The notes beneath the pieces were generated by a model. It saw only the letters and a program-made list of their open reading frames with translations. It did not search any database and was not told the origin of the DNA. The position numbers were made by a program, and so were the translations under genes. Below are positions 62,608-64,000 of a stretch of 64,000 nucleotides of DNA, in pieces. The stretch is from positions 42,084,935 to 42,148,934 of the forward strand of contig NC_092376.1 of the NCBI RefSeq assembly GCF_030028105.1, given 5' to 3'. Position 1 is the first letter of the stretch, and each line of letters begins with the position of its first letter. Source of the stretch: Mobula birostris. Lineage: Eukaryota.

Positions 62608-63730
62608 CGGGGATGTTGTATATTTGGACTTTCAGAAGGCCTTTGACAAGGTGCCACACATGAGGCTGCTTAATAAATTAGAGCCCATGGTATTACAGGA
62701 AAGTTACTGGCACCTGGTCAGACCCCACTTGGAGTACCGTGCTCAGTTCTGGTCACTTCACTACAGGAAGGGTGCAGAGGAGATTTATAAGGATGTTGCC
62801 TGGATTGGGGAGTATGCAGTATGAGAATAGGTTGAGAGAACTTGGCCTTTTCTCCTTGGAGCGATGGAGGATGAGAGGTGACCTGATAGAGGTGTATAAG
62901 ATGATGAGAGGCATCGATTGTGTGGATAGTCAGAGGCTTTTTCCCAGGGCTGAAATGGCTGCCACAAAAGGACACAGGTTTAAGGTGCTGAGGAGTAGGT
63001 ACAGAGGAGATGTCAGGGGTAAGTTTTTTACTCAGAGAGTGGTGAGTGCCTGGAATGGGCTGCCGGCAACTGTGGTGGAGGCGGATACAATAGGGTCTTT
63101 TAAGAGTCTTTTGGATAGGTACATGGAGCTTAGAAAAATAGAGGGCTGTAGGTTAAGCCTAGTAATTTCTAAGGTGGGGACATGTTCGGCACAACTTTGT
63201 GGGCCGAATGGCCTGTATTGTGCTGTAGGTTTTCGCTGTTTCTATGGTTAGTGCATTGGCTAATTGGTAAGAGACAGCGAGTGGAATATAAGTATCCTTG
63301 TCTGGTTGGCTGCCAGTGACTAGTGGTGTTCCGCAGGGGTCAGTGTTGGGACAGCTTTTTATGCTGTATATCAGTGACTTAGATGATGGAATAGATGGCT
63401 TTGTTGCCAAGTTTGTAGACAATATAAAGATTGGTGGAGGGGCAGGTAGTGTTGAGGAAACAGGAAGGCTGCAGAATTAGGAGAATGAGCTCGAAAGTGG
63501 CAAATGAAATACAATGCTGGAAAATGCGTGGTCATGCACTTTGGTAGTAGGAATAAATGTGTAGACTATTTTCTAACCAGGGAGAAAGTCCAAAAGTCTG
63601 AGATGCACAAGGACTTGGGAGTCCTTGTGCAGAACACCCTGAAGGCTAACTTGCAGGATTGCAGGCTGAGTCAGTGGAGAGGACGGCAAATGCAATGTTA
63701 GCATTCATTTCAGGAGGTCTAGAACACAAG
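62608..63730 (+). mobile_element. Nested CR1 fragments (younger 3' end about 62712-63246 inside an older RT fragment)
   Basis: DVVYLDFQKAFDKVPH; ORF 62739-63251; [10 protein letters not shown]...KFVDNIKIGG. Confidence 0.85.
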
Positions 63731-63742
63731 GCCTCCTTGTGT

Positions 63743-64000
63743 TGGCGTGTGGCCAAGTGGTTAAGGTGTCGGTCTAGTGATTTGAAAGTCATTAGTTTGA
63801 GCCTCAGCTGAGGCAGCGTGTTGTGTCCTTGAGCAAGGCACTTAGCCACATATTGCTCTGCAACGACACCAGTGCCAAGCTGTATCACGCCCTGATGCCC
63901 TTCCCTTGGACAACATCGATGGCGTGGAGAGGGGAGACTTGCAGCATGGGTAACAGCTGGTCTTCCATACAACCTTGCCCAGGCCTGTGCCCTGGAAACC
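63743..64000 (+). mobile_element. tRNA-derived SINE with CORE-like domain (runs off the window edge)
   Basis: A box TGGCCAAGTGG, degenerate B box AGTTTGAGCC, then GTGTCCTTGAGCAAGGCACTTAGCC. Confidence 0.75.

Noticed and set aside
63743-63825. tRNA gene
   Set aside because: Degenerate B box, no full cloverleaf, continues into a SINE CORE-like body

Overview
A vertebrate genomic window, very probably a cartilaginous fish (ray/shark, inferred from CR1/HER-type LINEs, an HE1/V-SINE remnant and the Penelope-like, Rex1/Babar and RTE repertoire). Roughly two thirds (by eye) is transposon-derived, and most ORFs in the track are repeat fragments or noise. Three host genes lie in the order and orientation known from the human USP12-RPL21-RASL11A cluster: rasl11a exon 1 (minus, 1483-1603); a complete 6-exon rpl21 (minus, about 14312-22151; 160 aa, 5'TOP, hosting SNORD102 in intron 2 and SNORA27 in intron 4); and usp12 exon 1 (plus, 38846-38893, CpG island), followed by more than 25 kb of intron 1. 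Leads worth following: (1) a strong-context uORF overlapping the usp12 start that ends in a TAATG stop/start at Met5, which could remove the MEIL motif that separates USP12 from USP46; (2) a 28S rRNA 3'-end fragment fused to a CR1 3' tail, a candidate chimeric retrocopy or rRNA-derived SINE; (3) about ten minimal hammerhead ribozymes in Penelope-like pseudo-LTRs, with young fold-back insertions, 11-15 bp TSDs and breakpoints recurring in the ribozyme; (4) an rpl21 M31F/R32S change that also creates a cryptic, NMD-predicting acceptor. Gene and snoRNA identities rest on recalled human sequences. Repeat boundaries were read by eye and are approximate.
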